A stretch of 49,547 nt of DNA, filler included, from Bipalium vagum (taxonomy: Eukaryota), in the NCBI GenBank assembly GCA_037834085.1. It is 3 parts of 3 records of this genome, joined end to end, with 100 filler letters (N's around TTAATTAATTAA, not from the genome) between each part and the next. Parts side by side here need not be neighbours in the genome. Positions count along the whole stretch, not along the records: positions 1 to 16,377 come from JBBMKC010114408.1; 2 more parts are not named here. The stretch is one strand, 5' to 3'. Both the position numbers and the translations under genes were made by a program. Below the pieces are notes generated by a model. It ran no database searches. It was not told where the DNA came from and was given only the letters and a program-made list of their open reading frames with translations. This document shows, in pieces, positions 1 through 14,500 of this stretch; position 1 is the first letter of the stretch, and every line of letters starts with the position of its first letter.

Positions 1-30
1 AAAGCATAATTTAATTTTAAGTTTTTTTTT

Positions 31-102
31 CGAAAATAAGCCCTTCCGATAATACACCCATGGGCTTATTATCAGAAGGGCTTATTTTCGGAAAACCCCG
101 GT
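31..102. repeat. Palindromic terminus of a probable Tc2/pogo-like DNA transposon or MITE running off the window start
   Basis: Inverted repeat 31-54 / 67-90 with 23 of 24 matches (CGAAAATAAGCCCTTCYGATAATA), followed by ...GAAAACCCCGG-TA. Confidence 0.45.
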
Positions 103-1863
103 ACTTTATTTAAAATCAATAAGGAAGATTAAAAACTTAATAGCAGAAAAATATTTTAAAAATTCAGAAAAAAAAGTAGTTAGCCGAAGAATCTCGTAAA
201 ATAATTGATAAGACTAAAATTGTCTAGGTTATATTAAATCAGTTTTTATTTGATCATCTGATTTAAATATCATTCCAGGAAAAATGAAATATAAAATACT
301 TCTAACAATTATCGATTTATTTTAGTAATTTTTAAAAAAATCAATAGGAAAATAAATAAAGATATAGTGATCAGAAAATTTTTTGGTCACCCTTAAAAAT
401 AGTTATTTCGAAATATATTGATTTTTTACTGAAATCATCTTATTTTTATTAAAATTATTAAGTATTGAAAAAAATTTTAAGTTAAAAAATTTATTATTTG
501 ATTAAATATTTATTCATAATTTTTTGAAGCTCAAGTTTATTTACCACTATGACAGATTTTAAATAAATGTTACATTTTATTACATTTCAATAATCTTTTT
601 AAAAATTATGTATGAGGTTATAAAGACTAAAGGCAAAAAATCAAGTTTTATATTTACGAAACAAAGGATGGCGTTAAACAAAAAATCACAAAAAGGTAAT
701 TTAGCTACGACTTACGTTACGAGTATTTGCAGAAAAAGATTACTTAGAAAGCCAATTAGAAAAGGACAGAAAACTAACAAAAATGTGGTCTATAAGTTAA
801 GGTTGGAATCTGAAGAATAGTGGTGCAGAAAATTTTGATTTTACTTTTTTAGCACCAATGTTATTTTTGTGTATTTGATTTGAATCAACCGGACAATGAT
901 TCTCATCATCAATTACAAAGAATTTCCCTCAACCGAAAAGAACAGAAATATTTTAATATTCAACCTTTTCTGTGCATCTGATATTGTGAATTTTGAAATT
1001 TTTAATTTAAACAACGCTAGACGTACACTTGTGTTAGGATCGCGTTTTTCGTGGTCTTATTTCTTTTTATTAAATATTATTTAACACGACTATTATTTGC
1101 GAGACATTTTTGTAATTGAAAATCTATATTTTCATGATTTTGTGTTGATATTTTTAAAAAATTGTTCTCATCATACGCTATTTTATTTCCCTCATTATCT
1201 ACAATGAATCTTAACCATAATAAAAATTTTATAGTCAGGCTAAACGTAGTTGGTTAATATGAAAATATTAACAATTATATAAATATCTAAGAAAAAGAAC
1301 TAAAAGAATTTTGATCGAAATTTGAAAGTATAAAATCAATTTAATCAGTTTTGCTCAAATAACAAAGGAACAAATTAAATTATTTTTTAATAACTTATTT
1401 TTCTCTCTTTTTTTCTTCATGGTTTTTAGATTTTAAATATGATAAACATATTAATTCTGTTTGTAAATTTGCTTTTACAAAAACCTCAATTATAATTTAA
1501 CATTTAGAGTATAACATTGATCAAATCTTTGTGAATTACTCTTTTTAAAGATTTTTTGTTTAAATTTAAATTTTTATTTCATTATTTTAAAAAATTTTTC
1601 TTCATTTTTTGAAATATTGTTTATATTTTTTCAAAATTTGTATTAATTATCATAAAACAATACAGAAATAATGTTTTCTAACAATTTAAAGATTCCTTTT
1701 ATAATTATAAAAGGAAGTTTAAGAATTTTTAAAATATTTTTTTGGGTTTTTATGTTTTTTTCTAAATTAGTTTTCAGATTTCTGGTTTTTTTTCATTACT
1801 CAACAGAACTAGAAATATTTAATAATTACACAACAACAACAACAACAATGTTCATAAAATATT

Positions 1864-2540
1864 TCACTTTTCAAATGTATAATTTTTAAATAGAAAAAAG
1901 TCTTTAAAAATAAAATGAACAATGAAAAATGTAACAAAATGAAAGAGCAATAATTCAGAATACAGGATAAAATAAAATTCCACACTTATAATAGAATCCT
2001 TCATATTTATATTGAATATTTGGAAACTAATATTCTTGGACAATTCTCCGTGTTTGTTGAAAGCCGTGCATGTATATTTATAATTCCCATTTCTATCCCA
2101 GTTTCGTATAACGATTGAAGAATAATCAACTAATAAAAATGAATCTCCTTTTTCTCTAGTCCAAACTATAGTTGGTTCTGGAAAACCTTTCGACGAACAA
2201 GTGATGATACTCTTAATTGTAACTACTGGCTTTGATCCAGTAATTATTAAATCATACGGCAGACTTTCCACTGAAATATCCTTGTAAGTACTAACAACTC
2301 TGCTTGTACCGGTAGTACATGTCACTCTGACATAATTTCCTAAATGTTTCTTAGTTAACTTTATCTGCAATTGACCTTTCTTTTCCTCTATCAGTTGACC
2401 ACCTCTCTCTATTTTAAAATCAAATAATAAACCAGCTTGACATTCTTTCAATTTGGAGATACAAGAAATAGTTTCATCAACCAGGAACAAAACTTGTTCG
2501 TATGGATTTATTAGTAAAGGAGGCGGAGATAATAGACAAG
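1864..2540 (-). CDS. Ig-gene probable last exon: Ig-like domains 7-8 plus hydrophobic C-terminal tail
   Basis: Acceptor atttccag (phase 1). Canonical I/C2-type motif CSSKGFPEPTIVW...YTCTAFNKHG. TGA at 1864-1866 follows an F/I/L/V-rich stretch. Confidence 0.85.
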
Positions 2541-5500
2541 CTGGAAATGAAAAAAGAATTTTTCATCTTTTCCTTCATATCATTTTTATGTATATTAAAA
2601 AAATATATTTTGTCAAAATTATTCGTAAAAACCAATTAAAATTTCAGTTCATTTTAAATTGGATTTGCTCAAATTAAAAATTTTTTATAAAAGTTTAAAT
2701 ATTTGAGTCTTTTTTGTAAATAGTAAAATAACAGCAAATCTTTTTTTAAATGAACTTCTTAGGTAAATATTTGAAATTAGAAACTGAAATATCAAGCTTT
2801 CTATTCGACGTACTTTTGGCTATGGAAATGCCATCTTTGAAAAGATAAGTGCAAAGAAAGTATTTCATTTGTTAAATGAAGGTAAAACATTTAATAGAAA
2901 ACAACATCTTTACAACATTTGAATTGTTTTTAAAAATAAAACTTGTTTTATTTGATTTTTATCCGTGCTGATTTTTATTTTTTAAAATTTGTGGCTATGG
3001 ATGAAACTTGAGTTTATTACCATGATCATGAATCCAAAGATAAGTGCAGAAAATGGACTGCGGGTAGTAGTTCAACATCAAAAACAGATTAGTCAAAAGG
3101 TGTTCGTATCAGGTTTTTGAGATTCAAAATTAATATTTTTGATTTGCGAGTTCCTAAATCTCTCCAAGAAGAAAAACATACAGATAAATATCCATGGAAG
3201 CCCAATACCTAATACTAAGGATGGTACCGATACTTCGATGTAGATAGGGGGTTTAAATTTGAAAAAAATTATCATCATACCAAAGAATCATTGACAAATC
3301 TGATGAGCATAAAACGTAAAAGAGACCTATATCCTTGGGCATTGACTTGTTTAAGAAAGCATGTAATGAGTACGTGCAAAGATCGCGGTGGTCCAAATTT
3401 AGCATGGTAATACATTATTTTGATAAGTACCACAATATTAACATAGTCTTTCAACTAAACAACAACAGCAGAACCATTGCTATCATCCAAACTAGAAATA
3501 CGAGGGTGAATCAAAAAGTAAAGATACAAGCTTTATATATAACATATTTATAAAATATACAGACAATTATTTTTCAACATAATCACCACTTTTTCGATGC
3601 ACTTCGTCCATCTGTCAACTAACTTCTGCATTCCTTTAGCAAAGAAGTTTTTGTCTTTCGCTTTCAAGATATATTGAACCGCATTTTTCACTGCATCATC
3701 ATTGTGAAAATGTTTTCCTCGTAATTCCTCTTTCATGGGTCCAAATAGGTAATAGTCACAGGTTGACAAATCTGGGCTATATGGAGGATGTTCCAATAAC
3801 TCAAAATTTAAATTTCTCAGGGTCTGCATTTTCAGTTGAGCAGTATGAGGCCTTGCATTGTCATGCAGAATAATTACGCCTTCAGAGATCATTCCTCGCA
3901 GCGTGAACTTTACTGCTAGTTTTAGTTTATCCCGCAGAATTTCACAATATCTTTCACTATTCATAGTTTCATCGAATTGTTTAAAGTGAGTCAATAATGG
4001 ACCATCAGAATCCCAAAAGACGGTCAACATTAATTTACTAGCACTCTGTCGGGTTTTGAATTTTTTGGTTTTTGGTGAGCTTGGGTGTTTCCATTCCACC
4101 GTCTGCCTTTTACTTTCAGGTTCATAATGATGTACCCATGTTTCGTCACCAGTGATTATTCTCCTTAGAAATGTTTCATCATTCTTGTATTGATCAAACT
4201 TTTGCATACAGAGTCGTTTGCAGCTTAGTTTTTGATCTTCAGACAATTGTTTCGGTACCTATCTGGCACAACCTATTGTATCCCAGCTCTTTGTGAATCA
4301 TTGAATAAGCTGATCCATAACTGACATCAAGTTTAGAACAAATTTCAGCAACTGTAAGTCGCCTGTTTTTCTGATCATTTCTTCAACTTGTTCAACTGTT
4401 TTCGATGTTTCAGGTTTTCCGGACCGATCTTCATCCTTTAGGCTTGTTCGTCCATTTATGAATTTGATTACCCACTTATTTACGTTTTGTCGGTTAAAAC
4501 AATTTAATCTGTATTGGGAAAGCATTCTTCGATGAGGAAACATCTTCTGCATGCAAAAAATGAATAACAGTCCTTTGTTCTTCTTTGGTGCAATTTTTTA
4601 AAACAGGCTCCATGTTTTTTATCTAAAATTGATATAAAAAATTCCTTTAATCAATATTTCTACGATCAGTATTTCGTATTTAATTGTAGCAAACAAGTTA
4701 AAACGTATTATGGTTTTACTGCTTATCTATGACAATAATTAAACGCTTTGTATCTTTACTGTTTCATTCACCCACGTAAAATCAAATTATTTGACAATTT
4801 TGCAACTCACTTGCTATGTTTTTTCTTATATGAAGAAATTGGAGAGAAGATGTTTGAGATTTTGGTAAATTGTGCAGCTCAGGAATACTGTAAAAACAGT
4901 TGTCTTAAATGGTCGCCTAAACTAAAACCTGATGAACGAAATCCTATTCAGAAGTATTGCACTAATTATTTACCAACAAATAAATAATTGAAAAAAGCCG
5001 GTGACTGTAGAAATTGATATAGGAAAGAATCTTTTCAAGTCATAACCTAATTCCTGATATACAGTTGGCCAACAAGAGGCTTAAAAGATACCTCAGTTTT
5101 TTTTTCTCGAGTCATTTTTGCGGTATGCGGTTTTTCATTATCATGCAATAATATAATGCCTTTTTTGTTGAGTAATGCCTTCTCAGTTTTTTACAATGTT
5201 GACTCATCACAGTTTAGATACTTTGGCATTTCCATTCTCGGCATGTCCAACTAAAGTCTTCAAATAAAATTGTTGGTCCTCTTCATGAGGTATCTTAGAG
5301 GACCTCATTGCTTTTACTGAACCTTTTGAACCATCGCTGGGCACCTCGACCCACAGACCATACCCTTGTCAAACCTTTATTAATTCGCTTGGTTGATTCA
5401 GTGCCCTTCAAACCTACTTTGAAATCTTTTTGATTTAAAAATTGGAGTCAGATCAGATCGAAGAGGGTTCAAGAGTATTTTTTACTTAATTTTTTAATGA

Positions 5501-8500
5501 AATATCAACAAAAATATATTTAGTGTAAAATGAGTTTAACTTTACATTATATATTTTATTATAACAAGTTACCGTAACCATTTTTAAATTGTTTATTATT
5601 GTGCTTTACATTTTTAATGGTACGTTATTTTTATTTTAAATTTTAAATATTTAATAAATTATTTAAATTAAATTATTAAAAATGTTATATAATGTATTTT
5701 TGATTTAATGAGGTCAAAACTGACAACTCCTAGTTTGTTACCTTATAATTATAAAAATGGGCATAAAAATATTTGTATACTGATAAATTTAAAATAATAT
5801 TTCTCAATACAAATTACTCCTATCTTAAATGAAAATAGGGTCAACTGGTCAAATGTTGGCGTAACTGTAAATAAGTTTTCAAAAATTAATTAAAATTTCA
5901 AAAAAATTATAATAATAATTAACAATCTAACATTTGATATTTAATTGGACTGCACTGACCATCAAATCTTTTTCTTTTCGGTCTTTTTCTTCCATATAGC
6001 ATTTAACAAATGTTGCCGATCTAGTTATATCTTTTCCCTCAAATGAATCAGGAACTTGGATTTGAGTACCTTCATATAAGAGTATTCCTGGGTTATCGGG
6101 CTTGGCAGACCTATCTCTGTTTGCATAAAATTGAATTCGTGCAGGTAGACAATAGTAGAGGCTGTCTCCGTCCCAGGACTCTTTTCTCGGTTCTGTAGAC
6201 CTCCGTCGCAATATACAGCATTTGATAATATTTCCCGGATAAATTGTTTCGAATGGAATGTCATAATTATATTTGAATGTATAATTGACTGCGGTATCAA
6301 TGAAATTTAACAATAATAGTGAGAAAGGAAAATATTTACCTACTACTGTAATATCCATTTCCCGCTTGCAGTCTTGACTTGTCAGACAACATAAACGGAA
6401 AGACCAAGCCTTATTCTTGTAGTCTATATCTCTATATATTGGAATTCTCGGTTTCCAAGTAGTTTTGTTATATGGATCGGAATTGTTTTTAGTTGAAATT
6501 TCATATGTTACAGAAAAATCAGTAAATATCAGTTTCGCTGGTAGAGGGATATTTAATGTATAAAAAATGGTTCTCTTTTTACCTATACACATTACAGGGT
6601 CACCCAGGCTGTAGTAATATATTGGAATAAAAGGAGTTATCAAAACTGAACCTACATTTCAAAATAATTCGTATAACATCGTTTATTATAAAAAAATTTT
6701 AAACTTTACATATTCACATAGTTAAAACAATTAAACATTTTTCTGTGGGCTCTGATAAGATAAAGATGATAAATTATACTTTTTTCAGTAAACAAATTAT
6801 TTCTCTTTTTGATTCTTACCATTTATGAGGAAAACTATTTCTTTTCTAAACTGATAGAGAATGAGAAAATACATTCTTTCTGTGGTTGAGATAAATGTAA
6901 GAGAAGATTATAAATTTTTGTGAAAAAATGTTAGTTATTAGCAATGCTTAATTTTAATAAAATAAGCTTTCATAATCCGGCTCGGCTCCCATTATTAATT
7001 TAAAATATACAGGGTTTTTCACAATGTTTAATAACTTTGTCAAAATGTTTTTACTAAATACAAAATTATTATTATTGTTTTAAAAAGTTACGATGGAGGC
7101 TACAGTTTGGTAATTAATGTCCAACTGTTGAAATTTGTTTCAAAGACTTTCCTTCATCGTCATTACAATACATACGATGTAATACCTGATTCACATTTAA
7201 GACAAACAATTGTCCTTATTTCGTTTTATTTTGCCATTTTTAATTGTAGTTTTGATAATTGTAATAATGATAAAAATGAATTTCGTTAAAAAAATTTTAA
7301 ATTATTAAACATTTTGAAAAAGTTATTAAGCATCTCGAACATTTTATTAAAAATTCTGATAAACCCTGTATTAAGAAGTTTCTTGAAAATTACCAAAGAT
7401 TTTATAAATGGTCTTTAGAAAAACCATTTTTTATCACAAGATAAAACAGAAGAACTGTAATTTGGTTAAATAAATTAAAAAGTTTGCCTTTACTTTATAT
7501 AAATATATTTTTTTGAAGGTTATGAACATAAATTGAAAATATAATTCTTTTTTAGTCATAAGTAATCATAAAGAATCTTCTTTCAGTTCGATTGCTAATT
7601 TATAGACATCATTTTGCATTGAACATTTAAGACATTCTCAGCCAAGATCATATGAAAAGACATACAAGGTGTGTCCAATAAATTCCCGGAATGGAGCTAT
7701 TAAAATATACACAAAAAAGACATTTGTTTTTTAATATTTTTCAAAATAGTCTCCTTCCACATCTATGCACATGTGCCATCGCTTCTCTCATGACAGGAAA
7801 TATTTTTTATATTCACTTTTAGGAATTGCTAATAATTCCGATTTCGATTTTTCTAGTGTCATTTCTGGTATCAAAGCTTTTTTCTTTTAGTGCTTTGTAT
7901 TTCTTCCTTTTAGTTTTTTGTATATTCACTACTTTATATTACTAAATTTATTACTATATTACTATTTTATATTTCTGAAGATAAGAACAAAGTAATACCT
8001 GAAATGGTCTTGGTGTGTAAATTACAAAATTGTTTCTAGTATGTGTTATTCAACAAATATTTAATAATTTATCAAATGTTTTATTTAGTTAAAGGTCAAA
8101 CCCACTAAAATCATTAATAATCCTATCATCCTTGAATTGAACAAAATGTTTTCCGAAAACATTATTTTGTATTAATGTTATTATGACAATGAATAATACA
8201 GTAGAGATATGAGTTATTTATTAATATTATTATTTCCGATGTTATTTTTTAAAAAACATAATGTTAAGCAAGTTACTTATTTTACAAGAAATGTAAAAAT
8301 ATTTTACCGTAAATTTGAAGAGGAAATTTTATTTCTGTCACTATTCTGTACCCTATCAATCCTCGACAATAATAATCTAAATTCATATCTGAATCGGATA
8401 TGATTTCTAACAAGGCTTTTCTATTCGATTCAAGCCTAATAACCTTTTGTAATTGTGATATTGAGCAAGAATCACAATTCCATTCAACCGTTAAATTCTT

Positions 8501-11500
8501 TAAATTGGAAACACATTCAAAAGTAAATCCTTTCAAATGCTTCTCGATGGGAGTAGTAAAGTTTGGATAAATATTATAAATACTGATAAGTGTTTTTTCT
8601 ATTTAAATTAAAATTAATTAAATTAAACAAAATAATTATTAATAAAAATTATTAGTTTTCTTATTTTTCATTTCATTTAATCTAAATACCAACTGACCAA
8701 TCTTAATCAATGGGTTGAAATACAATGAAACTCCGTTAATCCGAAAACGGTTGTAAATATATTATATATATTATATATATATATATTATATAATATTAAT
8801 ATAATAATAATTTAATAACTAATAATAAAATCTGATAATTCTATAAAAACTTATATATATTTTTTTTTATTTTTTTTATTTATATAAAATAACTACAAAA
8901 TAATTGATCAACACAAATTACACATTCAAAACAAATGTCCAAAAGAATACACGTATAACAAGTAATCACAGTAAACAAATTGATCATGACTCTAACCACA
9001 ATTAACTCAAGTTTCACAAAAATGAAATAAATATGAAACTGTTGATGATCACAAATTATTAATCAAAATTTTATCTATTAGTCAACTTTAGAAAAAAGAA
9101 AATTAAATGAATAAAACGCTTACCGCTTTGCTCACGGTGGGTCCTCGAGTCGTTAGATGACTTCAAACTTTTACCAATTTAACAATGATATAACATTTAA
9201 TTTTTGTGTAGTTTTTTTAAAATTATCATTAGAGTTTATATTGACATTCACGGGATTTTGTAATTTAGTGTAAGTCATGATTGTTGCAAGGAAATATCGC
9301 AGCTTTAAAAAGTTCCTGATATTACACCATGTTTTAAATGACTAAATTTTTTCCAAATTAGAGGAGACATGACGAGAAGTCTCCTTCACGCAGAACAATG
9401 TACAAGTTGATTGCACTGCTTAAACAGGAGAGATAGTCAGTTTTTGGTTAACCAAAGTACTGGACGCCCATGTGAAATTTCTGATAAATTTAAAGATAAA
9501 TGTGAATCTTTACTGCGAGAAGGTCGTCGAATCACAACGCTAGCATTGGCTGAAGCTGCTAGTGTGAGCAAAGGAACCATACAAGCAATCCTGTATGAAT
9601 TGGGGGTGAGAAAGGTGGCGTCCAAATTTGTTGTCCGTTTTCTTTCACCAGAGATGTACGAGAATCACCTGAAATGGTCTCAGTCAAACCTCCTTCTTTT
9701 CCAACGATTTGATATTATGCACTTCTGCGTAATATCAGGTATATGAAGAAACATTTGCGTGTCAAACATTTTGCAAATGCTGAAGGTATAATAGAAGAGG
9801 TAGAAAGTTTTAGTTCTCAGTGATCAGTCCTCAGATTTCTTCGAAAGTACATTCTCTGAACTCATCAAGCGTTGGCAAAAGTGTTTGGATTTAAATGGCT
9901 CTTATCTTGAAAAATGATGTCTGCACATGTTATATCTTATTGTGTAAAAGTTGAGTGTTTCCTAGCTATTGCACAGATCACATATTTATATAAACCCAAC
10001 ATTAGTATTAAGCTTGTGTTTGAATTTCAATTAAAATGCACTACGAACAATGTTCTAACCTAATTGCAAAAATCTAATAAATTAAGAGATCTATTTATAA
10101 TAAAATTAAATATCAAAAATATAATAGAACTAATTTTTTTAGCTTAAATTTCTTAATTTAAACGGTGCAAAATATATTTCTTAATATCTAATTCAATCAA
10201 ATTAAAAATTAATAATTTTTATCAAAAATTTTATGTTATATATGTAAATTCATTAGATTATAATAATAATTTAATCGATCTTACTTCCAATTTCAAGTAC
10301 TACTGGAGTTCGCATATTTTTATTTTGATCAAAGCATACCGCAAAATAAAAGATAATATTTGATTTATTTGATTTATTCAGGGAGACATTTTTACTCAAA
10401 ATATATGAAGTTCGATATAATTCTGAAAGAGGTAACTGAGATTCGACATGAGTAAAAATTTGTATATTATCTGTTGGTACCAAGCAAGCCAAGTTCATTA
10501 AGTTATTTGTAATAGGCGTAATTTCAGAAATTGAATTTGCTAAAATGTTAATTTTAAGTTATTTTTTTAAAGAAATTTTTTAATTTAATAATTATTTTCT
10601 CTACCACAATTAAAATTTTGAAAAACAGTCTATTATGGCAATTACATTCTTAATTATATATTAATAATTTTTGTTTTAATCAGGTGCCATTTCTGTCTAT
10701 AATTTGATAAGTAGTTCAAATAAATTAAAATTTTTTTATGAAAGTTAGGGACCTAAACTGCAGGATTACCCTAGTTACATGTTATGAAACAATATTATTT
10801 ATAAATTAATGCAAACTTATTGGAATAACTTGACTTAAAAAGTCCTTGATTAAATTGAATTTAAATTATACAGTTTAAACAAATTTTTGATTTTCACAAA
10901 AAATTCTATTACCTTTAAACCGAAACTAGTTTTACAATCAAAATTTAATTTTTTAAATCTTCATGGAACTGTATTAATTCAAAGTTTTATTGAATTCGAA
11001 TTAGAAGAACAGATTTTATATAGTGCCAAAGTTTTATATAGATAAGTGACAAACAACCTGTATAATGAAGGTATTTTAATTAATAATAATTAATTAACAA
11101 AGAAATAAAATATTACCGACACATTATAATATTTCGGTAATATTTCATTTTTTTGTACCGAAAAGTGACAATAACGAGTCAAATAGTGAACTATAACTCA
11201 TAAGGTCTGATAGTTATAGTTAATGTTCTATCATAACCAATAATAATAATTTTCAAAGATTTGATTGTTAAAATTGTTTACTTAATAATATTATGTCAAT
11301 TCCATGAATTTCCAATGGCTTAGAAGCGAACTCTTGGACAAAACAGCATAAATGAGCAGCTATTGGGGGTTGAAAATTTGGTTGTGAATTAATAGTTAAA
11401 CGTTTTGCAACAGGTTGGAGTAGACTTTTATCACTTGAATTAATCAATTTTATCATAATTTCTGGCTGGTATACGGCAGGTGAAATTTCGAAACGGATAT

Positions 11501-14500
11501 TTGTATTCTTAAATGCACATTGTATAGTTTCCCCAACATCAAACTGAGTACGACCCGGGCGTCTATTAGCATCAATAATCATCAGCTCATATTTTGCTAG
11601 ATAATAAAGAAATAATTTTAAAAATTTTAATTAAATATTTATTATTTTTTCAAATAAAAATCAAGTAGGATATTCTAATTTTCAATGCTTGATTTTTATT
11701 TTCAAGAATCCTTTATTGTATATTTGCATGATTGACATGAAAATTTACATATTATGTTCTTAGAAAAATGTACTGTCAAATGAGTACACCCAAGTTTACC
11801 AATCAAATGAAAATTGAAGAAATTCGTGAATATGCAAAGACTGGATCTACATGAGACTACGAAAAGTGAATTTTTAAGTTTATTATTATAATTGTAAAAA
11901 AATTATACGAAAGGCAGTTCCAGTTGTTGTTTTCTGTCCTTTTGCTGGTAATGTTGAAACGGTTTTCATAAATTAGAATAATTTATGAGTTCATCGGTAA
12001 ACCAGAATTTTTTAGTATTACTGTTTTTATTGATAATAGAAGTATGTTCATACTACGACCATGAAAAACAAAAGAAAATAATTAATAAATTTTGTATCTT
12101 TTCTTAATTTTATTTACATCATCTGAACTGTTGATTGGCTGCTCTTCTTTAGTTGGTGCTCAAGCCCTGAAGTCGTGATTCACCAAGATATTATAGTTTG
12201 TGGACTATTTCATGGATTTGATGTTTAGAGTTTAAGTTAGAGATAAGGTTATTTTCTTCATTTGGATTTCGTATTCTGGGTCCCAGTATCAGACTGATCC
12301 AATATTAATCAAGTCTAATGAAATTTCTGTGTTACTTTTGCGGAGACTTCCACCTTCAGTTCAACCAAATCAACCAAATCCTTCGAAATAATAACATTGA
12401 TTTTAAACATTGATCATTTATTGATTTATTTTGTGTAGTTTTACTTTTTATGTACAAAAAATATAATTTTGTGTGATTTTATAAACTTAATTATTTAATT
12501 ATTACATTTAAAATTTCAAAATAAACAAGTACAAACAAACAAACAAGTACAAAATAAAATATAAAATTAATTAAAAAATAATCATTTTGATGATTAATTT
12601 GTAAAATATTCGGAAAAAATTGTTTAGTAAGATAAAGTTACTATAAATAATTTTTTCAACAAAATTTTTAATAAATATTTCTAAAAATAGATTTATAGCG
12701 AAAATTTTAAAGGTAAAACCTAAAAATAGTACCATAAGGTACTAAATTTAAAAATATAAAAAAATAATATAAATACTGAAGCAATTCAGTAATAGGTCAC
12801 AAACGAAAAATAATATAGACGCAGAGAAAGCTTTCGAAAAAAGGGATCAAGCGAAATCGACGACAAAATCATCAAGCAAAATTAACAACAAAATCAGCGA
12901 CGAAACCAACAAAGCCAGGAGGTAACGAACGGACAAATTCAAAGTAAACAAGTGGTTTATAAGCACAAAGGAGAATTTTTTTCAAATAGTAAAATTTATT
13001 CCTATTTTTGTTAAGTTTATTAGATTTGACTAAAAAACTATTTAAACTATTATTATTAAATTAAATAAAAATATCATATTTTTTGATTTCACACTGCTTG
13101 CAGGTGATTTGATAATCAAATAAATATTAGTAATATAAAATTGAAACTACTAATTGGATAACGAATTATAATTTGTTAATTTAATTAAACTTTATAAGTA
13201 AATACTAAAGGTTGGACAGCTTCTTCAACACTTTAGGATCAAATAAACTTATGTTTTTTACTGATTTCCCAGTATTTTCTTTTTTCGCGTCCTTCACGTC
13301 AAATAGGACGGAGAACCGAATTTTTATCTGAGGCCCCTTGAGAGTAGGATACCGAAGGGTGATCTGACTTTTCTTAGCAATCTTCACATCTCGGGTTTTA
13401 GCTCAAAAACTATTTTTACCAATAATAAATGTTACATTTATTTTAAAAATATATTTTAGTGAAAAAATTTGTTATTTTAATTTATCTTTGTCACGTTTTG
13501 CAATCGAATTTATATTTAAGTTGTCACTCAAAAAATTTACTCCGTTCATACGCACACTAAAACCTTCAGAGTTGTAAACAGTTTATGTTAAGTTGCTCGA
13601 AAGTCCAATATCGGTATTTTTAAATACAACAACACTTTTTTCAGCAACACTTTCAACACCAATTTTATCTGCAAGGTTAATTGTATTTGAGTTTTTTTTT
13701 ACTGTTATTCTAGAAGTTTTTTGGACTGTCATGTGAGAATTTCAGGTCTAAAATAAGTATTGTGTGTTTGTCAGGGTTCTGAATCACAAAGTCTAGCCGG
13801 AATGTAGTATCAAATTCTGACGTGACTCAGTCATTGTCCACAACATGAGTTTTCTCTGATGAATACAAAGAGTGAGACTAAAAATTGCTCTCAGATTAAG
13901 AAAACTAAGAATGATAACAGAAGAAAACATGGGTACTCAGTGGATAATAGTTGTTCGTTTGTATGATCATACATTAGATAACGATTATTTAGTGTAATGT
14001 TTATGTAATATGGATTATGAATAAAAGAGTACATATTTGAATAAAGGAATACATTTAGTATATTTGATTTAGAGTTACTAACAAACCAGTCGATTTTGCG
14101 AGACTTATCATTTTTAATTGATTCTATTCGTAAATAACAGTGTTGCAAAACGTATAGTTGCAAGAATAATGCAGAATGAAAGGATATTTAGAAAAATACA
14201 AAGACATTATTCAGTTGCATTAGTTCATGATTGTAAGAATATTGTTTGGTTAGCCAAAGGCACGAAACCCTATTATAATAATAGTGATGATAATAATAAT
14301 ATTATTATTATTAATATTAATAATAATAGATATATTTTTCTGTAGTCATTGTTAAGTAATAATTCAAAATCAAAGCAATAATTATATATTTCATTAAATC
14401 CGATTAATCAAACAAACTTTTCAAACTTGGACATCACCTTTTATTAAAATTAAATTATTTTATTTTATTATTTACTTTTTAAAAATTTACTAACATATAT

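Noticed and set aside
608-1889. Short ORFs at 608, 896 and 1671, and similar I/F/K/N-rich ORFs at 15400, 30648, 39421 and 43013
   Set aside because: Composition simply mirrors AT-rich or microsatellite DNA; there are no motifs or supporting splice structure
4929-4960. CTGATGAACGAAA hammerhead-like string (other CTGATGA hits near 3300, 13856, 32863 and 42837)
   Set aside because: No stem I/III pairing or cleavage triplet; the 32863 hit is Merlin coding sequence
5285-5473. Nested hairpins (ATGAGGT/ACCTCAT, GGGCAC/GTGCCC, TTGAACC/GGTTCAA) suggesting an ncRNA
   Set aside because: The minus strand translates to mariner motifs (AQRWFKRF...RGP), so the stems are best explained as coincidental within a transposon relic
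6820-6845. Micro-exon-like segment with AG and GTAAGA in an Ig-gene intron
   Set aside because: It is 26 nt with an in-frame TAG in phase 1, so it cannot be a coding cassette
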